DNA from: Octopus sinensis
Lineage: Eukaryota
Assembly (NCBI RefSeq): GCF_006345805.1
Contig: NC_043002.1
Location: 44,020,001-44,084,000, forward strand
Direction: 5' to 3'
DNA: 64,000 bases
Position 1 is the first letter of the stretch; each line of letters begins with the position of its first letter. The notes beneath the pieces were generated by a model that saw only the letters and a list, made by a program, of their open reading frames with translations, was not told the origin of the DNA and did no database searches. The position numbers and the translations under genes were made by a program. Shown here piece after piece: positions 15,498 to 28,799 of this stretch.

Positions 15498-15538
<41 letters not shown>

Positions 15539-15625
15539 CACACACATATCTATCTATCTATCTATCTATCTATATATCATCTATCTATCTATCTATCTAT
15601 ATCTATCTATCTATCTATCTATCTC

Positions 15626-15703
<78 letters not shown>

Positions 15704-17590
15704 GCACAGGTGTACTATACATATTTTAAACTCGTGAGTACCAGTGTGTACGTTTGTAAATGTGTGTATGTGTGGTGCACGGACGCGTGTGGTCACATTC
15801 TATAGCTGTCTGTCTCTCTACTTTTGTAGGGACTTCCCTGCTGTTGTCACATATTGTGAGATTTCAAAATTACGTCAAAAATTTAAAAATTAGGTAAATT
15901 GTAATAATTTTTCACGTTAAATTGGATTTTGTTATTTATTTATGCCAGAAAAATTGCAGAAAAATGTTACTAAGTTTTAAAGTTTAATCAATTTTACCTA
16001 ACCAGAAAACAGATTTGGAAAGCTGGCATTTATTCCATGATAGCTGTCTATTACGAAATGAAAGCAAAATCATTAGGAGAAATTTTTATTAAACAAACCA
16101 ATTCAAAGCATTACGATGACCAAAGTTGTCAGAACTTCTGAAGTTTTAATGAATAAAGTCATGAGAAACGGTGGAACAGATGTGTAAATAATTTTAAAAG
16201 GGAAAAAATCCTCAACGAAGTTTTTTTCCGAAAAATTGCACAAATCTGTTCCGATTAAAATACCTACCTGTCGGAGAATTCATGCTCTGACATAGAATAA
16301 ATATTAATGCAAGACGTTCTATTCTAAAAATTGCTTGGCAACGATGGGTTATTCACCTAGTATATGTACATAAATACATGTTTTGTTTTGTTTACGCCAT
16401 AAACATTTTTGAAACTTCAGGAAAAGGGGAACTAATTCATTTTTAAAGGCTGAACTCGAAGTAGATAATGTTTAGTGATGGATAACGATGCGGATATGCA
16501 ATGAGAGCAATCAAAACTATATGGACATACGAACATACATACAAAAATACATATACACATATATGTATGTGTGTACGTACGTATATATATATATATATAG
16601 ATGATTATTATTATTATTATTATAAGATAATAAAACGAATGGTTTATATCTGGTAGCTTATTGATAAAGCACAGTCACTTTCACAGTGTCCGTTATGTAT
16701 TTGGTGAATGAGAGACGGAAGATGGAAGAACTATAATTCCGTATCTTGCCCGTGTGCGAGAACGGATCTTTTTGTTATACCTGTGTCTGTGCATATACAT
16801 ACTTTTGTGTATAGGCATAGGGATCTACTCTCCCATGCGTGTGGGTGTGGGCGTGAGTGCAGGTGTATACATATTTCTGCCCACACGCATAGAGATTCAC
16901 TTCGTCTTGTGCATGCGTGTAAGTGCGAGTGTGCCTATATGAACGCATGTGCGTGTATGTATATACGTACGTATGCGCGTCGGTTCGTGTACCCAACTAC
17001 ATGCGCCTTTTTTCCATATACATCTGTATATGTTTACACGAGAGTACGTATGTATGCTTGTATGCGTGTAGTTGCGTATGCGTGCGTATATGTACGCGTG
17101 TATATGGGTATATGAATCCATGCGTGTACGTATGTACATGATGACCACTTGATACGTTACGAGGAACTAGATAAGCGGTTTAACCAAACAACTCTAATTT
17201 ACAATACACTAGGTCCCCAGACGCCCCGGTTGATTTATGACACCCACGGCTTCTACAACCAGAATTTGTCATTTTCCTGACCACCATGTTGGTCCGTAAC
17301 AACTTTATATCCTTTATCCTTATATTCTTTTACATTTCTATATTCTTATATTTCTGATAATTTTTTTAATATTTTTAAATTTTTTTATATTTTTTAATAA
17401 TTTTTTATATTGTTTTATAACTTTATATCTTTATATTCATTTATATTTTTTTATCCTTCGTCCTGAATTCTCGCCCCTCCATCTTTATCCCTATTTACTC
17501 TTATTACCAGGTCCCTTCACGTCTGTCTGTATTTATATATGTATAAATTTATTTATTCATTTATTTATATTACCTCAACATCCAAACTTC

Positions 17591-17908
17591 CTCATTCTAC
17601 ATTGAGAGAAGGACGAGATGGACGCTTCATTTTTATGCTGTTGCTGTATTATGTCGTACGCGAATGAGAGGATTTGCATCCCCAACGTAGAATTTTTGAT
17701 GTAATACATGTCCTTGAGGTAGTAATTGTGCGCGGCTGAAGAAGGCCATAGACACACATTATGCATTGTTATAAATCCGTCTAATAAAGGCCCGAAACAT
17801 GTACCGCTGAATCCTTGGCATCATGTTTTTATTTTGATTAATTTACTCCACCACCTACACCACCAAACGGTATATACAGGTGCTTACAATATCAAGTACT
17901 CACCCTGA
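17591..17908 (+). mobile_element. Family H3 copy without inversion
   Basis: Begins ctcattctacattg, exactly the palindrome centre of the 10.5/11.4-kb copies. Ends ctcaccctgaatt, then AT-rich/(TA)n. Confidence 0.85.
17732..17807 (+). ncRNA. Type I HHR (H3)
   Basis: gcgg-ctgaaga-a-ggcc a tagac...gtcta ataaa ggcc c-gaaa-catgta-ccgc; palindromic acatgt; predicted cleavage after 17803. Confidence 0.7.
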
Positions 17909-18041
17909 ATTTCTTTACCCAACTATATATATGTGATATATATATATATATAGATATATATATTATATATATATATTATATATTCTATATATATATATTT
18001 GTTATGCAAGATTTTTTATGTGAAGTCGTGTGTTGAAACAG

Positions 18042-18188
18042 ATATTGTTATATTCCGGAATGGTCATTTTGCCAGTTTAGCCAATAAGATTAATGAAAAA
18101 AATAAATAACACTGAAGCAAAGTAACACCAAATATATAGTGCCTGTGATTTTATTGGCTAAACTGGCAAAATGACCATTCCGAAATAT

Positions 18189-18196
<8 letters not shown>
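18042..18196. repeat. Inverted repeat, 46-bp arms
   Basis: 18042-18087 vs 18151-18196, one mismatch; abuts (TA)n. Confidence 0.9.
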
Positions 18197-18236
<40 letters not shown>

Positions 18237-18238
<2 letters not shown>

Positions 18239-18980
18239 TAAGTAATTAAGGGTTTAGCAACGATTTGCCTCACTACACACTGAATTTAGAAATAGCAGTC
18301 AAAAAGTTTTGGCTATTCTTTCTACTTAAAAGGGAAATGCCAGTAAAACCACAGCACTTAAAAAGCAAACGACACAGGCAAAAGAGAAAGAAATGACGAC
18401 AATCATTCTATATTAAGTCACCTACGGACGTACGTTTCGGAATTAAGTCATAGCAGAGCATAAAAATTAAATAATTATGTCTTACCTAACTATTTTCCTC
18501 TTCAGCGTAGGACTCTTCAATTATAAATAATTGCGTCTCAATTATTAATAATTGTGTATTAAATTTGAAGGCACTAGAAGACATCACCTTAACTCATGGT
18601 ATCAGAGCGAGCGTAAGCCATTAACAGTACCACCAAATTCAAAGGGTGAATGAAAGTATGTCACCATCCCCCTTCCGCCAGTGTGCTGCCAAAATAAGAT
18701 GCTAAAGTTTTTTTACTGGGATGAAATATAATTATCAATAATAAAGGGTGAAATTAATTAATTTAGAAATAATCATTAATTTCACCAAGTAGAGTTCGGC
18801 ATGTAAAAGCCCCATTCAAGGAAGGTTTAAGTAATACTAAGTAATTAAGGGTTTAGCAACGATTTGCCTCACCACACACCGAATTTAGAAATAGCAGTCA
18901 AAAAGGTTTGGCTATTCTTTCTACTTAAAAGGGAAATGATTATTTCTAAATTAATTAGTTTCACCCTTTATTATTGATAA
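18237..18980. repeat. Direct (about 100 bp) plus inverted (about 45 bp) repeat structure between (TA)n tracts
   Basis: 18237-18338 is nearly identical to 18836-18937; 18735-18778 is inverted to 18937-18983. Confidence 0.8.
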
Positions 18981-18992
18981 TTTCACATATAT

Positions 18993-19090
<98 letters not shown>

Positions 19091-19574
19091 CATATATATA
19101 TTACACACGCACACACACATATTTACATATGTATATACTGATACACACATACGCAAATATATACATTTTGTGGTTAGTCCGGTGTACGTCACGGATGAGC
19201 TAAAACGAAAGCGAAATATTAGAGTTAATTTAAATTCAGATACTACTTTTGTTTCATAAAAGCTACGCCACAACACATCAGCAAAGAGACTTTACACAAT
19301 TTGAATATATATCTGACCAGCGATACAATCGCTTCGAGGTCAGTCGGGTATACAGTGCCAATGAACTAAAACGATATCGAAATATCGATTTTCATCGAAC
19401 TCGTTGCCCTTCTGAATGAGTTGTTTGCCTGGTCTGAGATAGTCAGTGACTTTTTAACGGTTGGTGTCATGAATAAGTGCTTCTCAGGACGCTGTCCTGC
19501 AGCTAATGGGCGTATAAACAAAGCATATACCCTATGAAAGTGTCATCGATAATGTTTATACGTGTGTGTGTGTA

Positions 19575-19609
<35 letters not shown>

Positions 19610-19613
<4 letters not shown>

Positions 19614-19880
19614 AGGCTTTGTTGTGTGGTCATGAGTTTGCTTCCAAACTTCATGTTTCCGAGTTTAGTCTCACAGCGTGGCACCTTGGGTAGGTGTCTT
19701 CTTTTATACTCTCTGGCCGCTTAATGACTTGTGAGTGGATTTGGTAGTTGGAATCTGAAAGAAGCCTAAAGTATATGTGTGTGTGCGTGTGTGTGTGTGT
19801 GCATTTGTTCCCCCACCGGTGTTGGTGTATTTACGTCCCCGTAAATTAGCGGTTCGGCAAAAGAGAATTAGTACTAAGTC
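19610..19880 (+). mobile_element. SINE family C
   Basis: gcgtggcaccttgggtaggtgtctt...tgtgagtggatttggtag...tttacgtccccgtaaattagcggttcggcaaaagag. Confidence 0.8.
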
Positions 19881-19924
19881 AGCAAGTCCTTTTCCTCAAG
19901 GAAGGTGATTAGTTTCTACTGACT

Positions 19925-20750
19925 ATTCGTTCCGTGACTTTGCTGATGTGTGAGGTCAGGGAGATAGTTTTTGACCTCTGCTCTGCTACCTCCTTTATGG
20001 CTGGCTCATATTTCTCTTTCTTCATCTCACTTGGAAGTTTTCCAGTTGCAAAGAAGCTTTGGAAGAGAGACTGCAGTCGTCTTGCTAGGACTCACTTACA
20101 TCATTTTAGAAGGATTGCTGGGAATCCATCAAGGCCAGTAGCTGAGTTCGAGTTCATTTCATATCACATCGTCTTCTTTTATATTGATGCAGTAGCGAAA
20201 ATGTCAGCTTGATAGTTGACTTGCAAGTATTCTAGGGGTAGGGTGAAAACACTTTTGAATTGCTTATTTTGTATTTCACATATCCTCATAGGGCTTTCTG
20301 TAAGTGAACCATCTTTTTCGAGGAGTGGCCCTACCCTGCAGTGTACTGAGGCTGTTTCTTTTGAAAACTTGCAGAAGGCTTTGGGGTTAGATTTTATATT
20401 GTCTATAGCCCAGGATTCTTTGTCTGCTCTTTCTTTTTCATGGGAAAGTTGCAGATCTTTTTCAGTTAGAGTTGTATTTTCAGGCGGGATTTTTCACTGC
20501 TTTTAATTTTTTTGTTTAGGCGATTTGAAATTTTTGTACGCTGTCTCATGAGAACTTTCGTCTCCTTGGGGATTTTGATCTTGTGTACGGTGGCCTTTCT
20601 CTCCCGGGCACATTTGTAGCATATAGTTTGCATTACAGACATAAATTGTTGAAGTTTCATGTCGATGTCTTGCGAGGAGAGACATTTTAGCCAGTTTTGT
20701 TTACGGATCTCTTTCTCAATATGTTTCCAGTTTGCCCGATGTAAATTCAA
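19925..20750 (-). mobile_element. CR1/L2-like LINE ORF2 fragment (post-APE linker to RT start), frameshifted
   Basis: NLHRANWKHIEKEIRKQNW...IKSNPKAFCKF...VGPLLEKDGSLT...ATGLDGFPAILLK*CK*VLARRLQSLFQSFFATGKLP...ISLTSHISKV. Confidence 0.85.
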
Positions 20751-20871
20751 CAGAAAATAAACTAAATTTCGGACGCGCTATACCTGTAAAATCAGTCTAG
20801 AAAATTGGGCAGATACTTCTAGAAGTTGCCAGCAGATGGCTACAGAGAATCGAACCCTGTATCTCTGAGAT

Positions 20872-20951
<80 letters not shown>

Positions 20952-21559
20952 AACTAACTAATAGTCGCTTTAATCGATTCCTGCTCCAACACAAGTACAG
21001 TTACACACAAGTAAGATCATGGAGTGTACAGCTTCAGAGAATAACCGGTAGATGGATACATTTACAAAGGATTCCAAACTTTAAAATCACATGCATTTTA
21101 TACTTCATATTTATTAAAAGTTTATTAATAAAACCAGAAAATGAAGAGGGAGAACGAGAGATGAGGGATGACGATAGATTCAGATAGACAGTGAGGCAGA
21201 CAAAACTACACAAATTAGTGCTTTTATTGTATTGCTCGAAACTACTGCTTTACTTTGTTAACATAATTTACCTGCTGCACAATTTCATTGATAAACTGCT
21301 TTACCTCGACATTCAGAAAACAGTTTCATCTCTGCCTGTCTGTCTGTCTGTCTCTCTTTCTCTCTCTCTCTCTCCTCAACATATATACATATAAACGTAC
21401 ATACACAAACAAACATTCAGTTTATCTCCTATACATTACAGTGTGAGCAATATATAAGAACTGTAATTATGGTTTCAAATCTTGGCACAAGGCCAGCATA
21501 TTCAAGGGGTAGATTCCTTGACGGGTGAAATCATTGGGTCTTAATTCGAAAAATATTTT

Positions 21560-21830
21560 AAGCTACATTTTCAGTGCCACCTCGCTGTTGAACGAAATAC
21601 CTAGCCGACCGATGGAGATCGACTGTAAACGCAATAATCTGAAGGAGCTAGATCAGGAGAATATGATGATTGCAAGAGAATTTCCAAGTGAGTTCTTGAA
21701 TAACATTTTTTGGGCCAGATTAACGACGCAGGGGCGAAGCACCTATCCAAGAAACACGCCATATCGCTGGTCAAGTACTTTCAGGTGGATTGCCCTTAAG
21801 TGGAGGTGACGTGCGACGACGATATGAAGA
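21560..21830 (-). pseudogene. Mariner transposase remnant
   Basis: Minus strand, with frameshifts: QRYGVFLG*VLRPCVVNLAQK...IQELTW/EILLQSSYSPDLAPSDY. YSPDLAPSDY is the mariner signature. Confidence 0.85.
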
Positions 21831-22529
21831 GAGCATCTCATCTGCTAGGTGAAAATTTCCTAGTGGCTTAGAGCAGATACTCGTGGATGAGTTGGTTCAG
21901 TCGACCCTCATTGAACTGACCAGGTTCGAGATAAAGCAGAGAAGCTTTGAGATCGAATTGAGACCGTAGCTGAAGGCAAAGAGAAGCAGATGTCGGAAAT
22001 GCTCCATTTCCTTTCAGTTACTTTTATATGTGTGTGTGTGTGTGTGTGTATGTGTGTGTTTGTGTGTGTTTGTGTGTGTTTGTGTGTGTGTACGTGTATG
22101 TGTATACACATTCAGACACACACACACAAACACAGACACATATATGTATACGTATTTAACACTCATATACATGCACACACATGTATGTATCGAAGTAAAG
22201 ATATCCAGTTGTCCATTTTTTTCGTTCGGCGCGGAATGCATCTTTTATGCTTTCATTTTGAAATTTTCAATGTTTGTTTTTAGCGAGTGAATAAACAAAC
22301 ACGTGAGATGCTGGAAGGATGGATGCTATCTTCATCGGTCTAGATTTAGTTGGAAGATTAAAACTTATCAATAGTTCTGAGCAGTCTGAATCATTTAAAG
22401 TTGAGTCGTTCATTGAGAAAACTAGGTAAACACTGTTCCCGGGCAACTTTCACCTGGTTTATATAGTTTTTACGCTTTCACAACTTCTTTCCAGATATTC
22501 ATATGTACATAAATAATCACACACACACA

Positions 22530-22610
<81 letters not shown>

Positions 22611-23102
22611 CACACACAAACACATGCACACACGCATAGATTACTGCATGATCTGGTGTCTCCTACTGTAACATATAAGGCAGGGTAGTATGATTTTAAA
22701 GAAATCTAGCATATTTCTAATCGTTCAAGTGACTCCAGACAAAGTTTTCCTTCACTGGCTTGAAAGCAAATTGGTTGACTGTAGTTGTTCGCTCCGCAGC
22801 GTCACAAATTGGAGAAAGCTATAAAAAGCGTTCGAGTCGTGACTCTCTTGTAAACTATTTTTCCAGAATATCTTTAATTTAAGATGATTTGCTATTTTCA
22901 GCAGATGAAGCAGCCATGTAGAATAACGATTCCCAATCGTTGTTGCATCAGGGACTAGGGGTTCACGTGCATAGCAAAACACAACAAAATGAACAATATC
23001 TAATTCAGTTATTACGTGTATACCTCAAATGTAATTGTTACACTGTACATATCTTATGCACTTTATTTCTACTGTAACTATATTGTAATATATATAATAC
23101 TG

Positions 23103-23313
23103 AGGCGGCGAGCTGGCAAACTTGTTAGCACGCCGGGCAAAATGATTGATGGCATTTCGTCCGTCTTTACGCTCTGAGTTCAAATTCCGTCGGTGTGGGC
23201 TTTGCCTTTCATCGTTCCAGGATCGATAAAGTAAGTACACATTGAGAACTGGGGTCGATGTAATCTACTTAGCACCTACCCAGAAATGGCTGGGTTTGTG
23301 CCAAAATGTGAAA

Positions 23314-23316
<3 letters not shown>
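23103..23316 (+). mobile_element. SINE family B
   Basis: ggcggcgagctggcaaacttgttagcacgccgggc...ctgagttcaaattcc...ggggtcgatgtaatc. Confidence 0.85.
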
Positions 23317-23373
<57 letters not shown>

Positions 23374-23375
23374 GT

Positions 23376-23639
23376 ATCTAGTCCTTCAAATTGTATTTCT
23401 ATATGTCGACTATGCTGAAGAGATTGCGGGTATTCACATGCATGGATAATAACAATCGAAACTGATCGGTACATAGGTAATCATTTTATTTCGTATATTT
23501 TCATTTGTCTTGCTTATTTTTAATACGTTGGTTCGTGCTGGATTTTTATTTGAGAACATATTCTTTGTGGAAAATAGCGATTTGACGTCTATATCTAGCA
23601 TGTTGACCGTCCACTTTTAGTGGTCAGTCCTTTAAATTT

Positions 23640-23645
<6 letters not shown>
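23376..23645 (+). mobile_element. HHR-containing repeat family H1 copy 2
   Basis: Colinear with 2926-3195; (TA)n on both sides. Confidence 0.8.
23410..23476 (+). ncRNA. Type I hammerhead ribozyme (H1 copy 2)
   Basis: Stem I ctatg/catag; CTGAAGA 23415-23421; stem II gattg/caatc; GAAA 23458-23461; stem III actgatcggt; predicted GUA cleavage after 23471. Confidence 0.85.
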
Positions 23646-23683
<38 letters not shown>

Positions 23684-23919
23684 CAAGAGGCACAGGCGGA
23701 AGTGGTAATATTTTCAAACTGCAACACCCTGCAGTCAATAAAATAAAAATGGCATTTAAGAATTATTCTTTCTGTGTGGCCCGGTAACTAATGACCTACA
23801 GTACGGTACTGATCCGCGGGGCATTGGTTGAGGACACCTGATATAGATCCAGCATCTAGGGACCTTAAATTTTCTGGGTGAAAAGTATTGTTAAGCATCT
23901 CTCACTCTCACTTTCTCTT

Positions 23920-23960
<41 letters not shown>

Positions 23961-24117
23961 GACTCCACACACACACACGCACACATCCCTATCTCTACAT
24001 CTCTAGTGCTCTCTTTCGTATTGTTTTGGAGAGGTGTTTCATGTAAAAGCCGATGAATTAACTCTGTTTTATTATTTCATACAGGAAGTTGGTGTTATTC
24101 TATCTGATGCGCTAGCT

Positions 24118-24340
24118 TTCTTCATTCTTTTACTCTTTTATTTGTTTCAGTCATTTTGACTGTGAGTATGCTGGAGCACCGATTGTTTTACTCGAAGAAA
24201 TCGACCCTGGACTTATTATTTGTAAGCCTGCTACTCATTCTATCGGTCTCTTTTGCTGAACCGCTAATTTACGGGGACGTAAACACACCAACATCGGTGG
24301 ACAAGCGTTAGTTGTTGGGGACAGTACAACAACACAACAA
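24118..24340 (-). mobile_element. SINE family C 3' half
   Basis: gtttcagtcattttgactg...gctggagcacc...ccgctaatttacggggacgtaaacacacc. Confidence 0.8.
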
Positions 24341-24350
24341 ATATTATATA

Positions 24351-24404
<54 letters not shown>

Positions 24405-24475
24405 TTATATTATGTATATATATCTATATCTATATATATCTATATATATATATATATATAATATTATATATATAT

Positions 24476-24544
<69 letters not shown>

Positions 24545-24614
24545 TAGATAAATAGATATATAGATGTATATGTATACATGAATATGCATATATGTATATA
24601 TGTATATATGTATG

Positions 24615-24660
<46 letters not shown>

Positions 24661-24677
24661 TATAATATGTATATAAA

Positions 24678-26719
24678 GTTAATCCAAACAGAAAGCACAA
24701 AAAACACAACGCGAGGACGTGGAACAAATATAGTATTAATGGACGCTCAGGAAAGAAGGAGGGTTTAACGTTTCGAGCGGAGCTCTTCGTCGGAAACATA
24801 GGAGAAGGAAAGATCCAGAGAAGGGAAGACAGAGGGAAAAAAAATCGCCAACGGTACACACGAGGTCACATTTTGAAAGACCGGAAGGAAATGGGTGAAG
24901 AAAGGCGTTTTCAAAGGCAGAAGAGTAGTTCTGTCAAAGACAGGAGAATGGTAGAGGAGGAGGAATGTGTGTGTAAGTGTGGATATGTGCGTGCGCGGAG
25001 GTCTGCGTGTGCGTGTGTGTGTATGTGAGTATGTGTGCAATGATGACACGTGTGTGTGTGTGCGTGTGTGTGTGTATGTGTGTGTGGTTGTGGCTGTTAA
25101 ACAAAGCGTGTTTGTAGGGCTAGTAGTGTGAAGGTCGAGGGAGAAGGAGTGGTGCCTTTTGTCTCTACCACAGGTCAGTACTGCTACTTTGAAGTATGTG
25201 TGTGTGTGCGTGTGTGTATGTATCATGGTGTGTGTTTTGTTTGTAGTGTGTGTGTGTATGTGTGTGTTCGTGTGTGTATGCGTAGAGTTTGGGTGTGTGG
25301 CGAATAACTGTGCTTTACTTAGTGTATGTGTGCGTGTGTGCTTGTACGTGCGTATGTGTGTATACATGTATGTATAATTGTGTGCGTGTATGTATAATTG
25401 TGTGCAGTGTGTATAGGATGTATGTGTAGGTTCATTTGTGTGTGTGTATTATGTGAGTCCGTGTCGTATGTGCGTGTAGTTGTGTGTGCGTGTACGTGTG
25501 CGTTTGTATGTGTGTGTGTAAGCGTATACGTGTGTATATACGTGTATCCGTGGGGTTGTGAGTTTTGGGTGTGTGCATTCGTGTGCTTGTATGGGTGCGT
25601 ATGTATGCGCATGTTTTTGTGTGTGTGTGTGTGTGTCTGTGTCTATATGTGTATACGTATGTGTATGTGCGCGTGTAAACATATATTGTGTGTATGTGAA
25701 TTTGTGTATGCGTGTATTTGTGTGGGTTTTTGGAGTTGTGTGGGCGTAATGTGTGTGTGTGTGCTTGTGTGCGTGTGTGTCTGTGCCCATGTGTGTATAA
25801 GTGTGTGCGTATCTGTATGGGTATTGTTTGTTGGAGGTATATGTCGGAATCTGTGCTGGTGTGTGTGTATGTACGTGTGTATGTGTGTGTGCGTGTATTG
25901 TGTGCGTATATGTGTATGTGCGTGTGTGTGACCGTGGAGATGTGTGTCAGGTTGTGTTCATTTTATTGTGGGTACGCGCGTGTGCTTGAGTATGTGCATG
26001 TATGTGGTTATGTGTACGTTTATGTGTTGGATGTGCTGGATGGGATAGGTTTCTGTGCATTCTTGTGCGTGTGTGTACGTTTGTGTACGTGTGTGTGTGC
26101 ACGGGCATATGTGTGTGTGCGCGCGTGTGTGTGTGTATTTGTGTATGTGTACGTGTGTGTATGTGTGTGGAAGTATGTGTGCGTATATGTGCATGTATGT
26201 TGTGTGTGTGTGGTGTGTTGGAGGTATGTGTGTCTTCGTGGATACGTGGGTATGTGTGTGTATGTGTTTCTGTATAAGGACAATAATTTATAAAAACAAT
26301 AAAATAATAAAAAAACAAAAAACAATAAATTATTAAAATAATATAAAAGACGTAATAGCACGTAAGGAAAGAAATGAAAAAAGACAAAGAAAAAGAAAAG
26401 GAGGAAGAAATAAGAAATAAAGTTGCTTGTTGCGGGAGGTGGAGACGCAGTCACTAAGAGGAGGGGGCTGTGTTGAGTCCGTGCGGGGTATTAGTCTGTA
26501 AAGTGAAAATAAACCGTTGCTCCAAGTGAAGCCTGGATTGTGGAGGTCCGTTGTGTGGGGCGAGACGAAACTCAGAGATGTCACCGGGGGAATGGCTGGC
26601 CGAGCAGAAGTGACGTGCGACGGGAGAATTGGAACGCAGCCGAAATTTCTTAGATGTTCGGCGAACCGGTCGGCCAACCAGCGTCACGTCTGTCCTACAT
26701 AAAGCATCCCGCAGAGGTT
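24678..26719 (-). mobile_element. 5'-truncated PLE (Neptune/Poseidon-like EN end, about 1.3-kb CA-rich UTR, pLTR with minimal HHR)
   Basis: 26454-26719(-): LCGMLYVGQT*RWLADRFAEHLR, then after a frameshift NSPVARHFCSASHS...EQRFIFTLQTNTPHGLN. pLTR is homologous to 7730-7935. Confidence 0.8.
24763..24797 (-). ncRNA. Minimal HHR (H2), U4C core variant
   Basis: Reverse complement reads gttt-ccgacga-a-gagc tcc gctc-gaaac-gtt-aaac. Confidence 0.6.
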
Positions 26720-26720
26720 G

Positions 26721-26776
<56 letters not shown>

Positions 26777-27308
26777 AGCGAAAGTGCATATATGACTGTG
26801 TATAAATGAGAGTATTTCTGTATCCAGGTATATAAGGGGTATATATGAAAATATAGGTGTATTTGTGTACGTATATATTTGTATTGGTTCATATGGGTAA
26901 CTGTGTGAGTGTAGAGGTGTGTATGTGTATGTATGTATATATGTATGTATATATGTGTATATATGTATGTGTGTATATGTGTGTGTATATGTGTATATGT
27001 TTGTGAAAGTACATGTATATCAATATGCATACTAATATATATGTACATATATACTAATTCATCTACGTAGCTGCCCATAATTTGATATGCATGAAGATAT
27101 AGAGTAGTTATCTTGTTTAATTTGTAGTTTGGCTCGATGTTCGTATTTGGAACATTTCGTTTATATTGGTATTACTTTGGTTTTGATGTTTGTATAGAAT
27201 TTATTTTCCTATGTCCGTATAGAGTTGGTTTCGTTTCTCGTTTTGTTTATTATCTATCGATATGTATATGTATGTGAGCGAATGAATAATATGGTATATA
27301 TGAAGATA

Positions 27309-27704
27309 TCTTTATATATAAGAGTAAGGTTGTGTGTCTGTCTCCTACGATTTAGATTCCTAACTACTCCCACATTTTGCGGTGCAGTTTAACCAAAAGT
27401 GGGTATCTTATAGTCGTGATTCATATCGAGCCCTTCTGGGTATTAGCGCGCGTCTACGATGAGTCTACGATTTAAAAAAAATTACCATCATTTCTTTCCA
27501 TTTTAATGCATTTTTGTCGCTATTAAATAAGGGAAGCAACTCTCTAAAAATGTCTACGATGAGTCAACGAGTTTTAAAAAAATTTACCATCTTTTTTTTT
27601 CCATTTTTAATGCATTTTTTTTCTATTTTTTGCTATAACTCTCTAAAAATGCTTATATAGTTATTTCCCTTACAAACCCGAGCAACGCCGGGCGATACTG
27701 CTAG
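27309..27704 (+). mobile_element. Non-autonomous Helitron-like element
   Basis: 5' a|TC start, 3' hairpin cccg-agcaacgc-cggg then CTAG|t. Internal tandem duplication at about 27450-27620. Confidence 0.7.
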
Positions 27705-28084
27705 TAGCGTATATATCTTGTTTAATTTGTTGTTGAGGCTCGTTGTTCGGATTCGGGATATTCGTTTGTATTTGTACTACTTTGTTTTTATTGTATGTTT
27801 GTATTTAAATTGATTTTTCGTTGACTGTGTCGAGTTGGCTTAATTTACAATTACTATTTTTCGTAAAATATTAAAGACGATACGTCGATCTGATGAAAAC
27901 TGATTACATTTAAACGGGATTTTATTATTCTTGAAAAACATAGTTTAATTAAAAAAGTGGAAACAGGTGTAATTTATGAGATGTGTCATTTGTTTGTATG
28001 ATATAATTAAATTAAATTAATTTATCATTTAATGATTAGATTATTTAAATGTTCAATTTATTATTTTGGCTTCCATTTCTCGTA

Positions 28085-28141
<57 letters not shown>

Positions 28142-28261
28142 ATGTATATACATGTACATATAATGTATATACAAGTATATATATATATATCATATATATT
28201 TATATATATGTATATATGTATGTATATATATTTATATATGTATATATATCCATACATATAT

Positions 28262-28317
<56 letters not shown>

Positions 28318-28385
28318 GTATATTTACGTACGTATATATATAAATATGTATGTATATATGTATATATATATATATGTATATATGT

Positions 28386-28457
28386 ATGTATATATATGGA
28401 TGGCCGGTCTGGGAATCGAAACCGCGATCCTCCGACCGCGTGTCCGCTGCTCTAACC
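28386..28457 (-). mobile_element. SINE family A head
   Basis: Reverse complement matches the head at 2189. Confidence 0.85.
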
Positions 28458-28542
28458 ACTGGGCCATTGCGCCTCCACACACACAAACACACACATCTGT
28501 TTGTTGTCTACACCATCTGTCTTCCTCTTTTTTGTGAATCTC

Positions 28543-28586
<44 letters not shown>

Positions 28587-28799
28587 TATTTTTATAATAT
28601 GTAGTCTATGTACATTCTTGTCTATCTGTGATTGCATATTACTTTTGTCATTCCAACAGACATTTTATATGCCCGTTATCTTTTAAATGGTGTAGTTATT
28701 TTCAAAGTTGTTTACGTAATAGTTATTTATTATTTTGTGGTACTTTGTTTTTGATAGATTTCACCGTGAAGTAGCGCATCAAGTCTGTTGACAAGGATG

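Noticed and set aside
21573-21688. Plus-strand exon candidate (tttcag|...|gtgagt, open frame ATSLLNEIPSRPMEID...)
   Set aside because: The minus strand carries the mariner YSPDLAPSDY motif; the open frame is the antisense of a transposase remnant.
22285-22426. Exon-like segment with good acceptor and donor
   Set aside because: Stops in all three frames; no other support.
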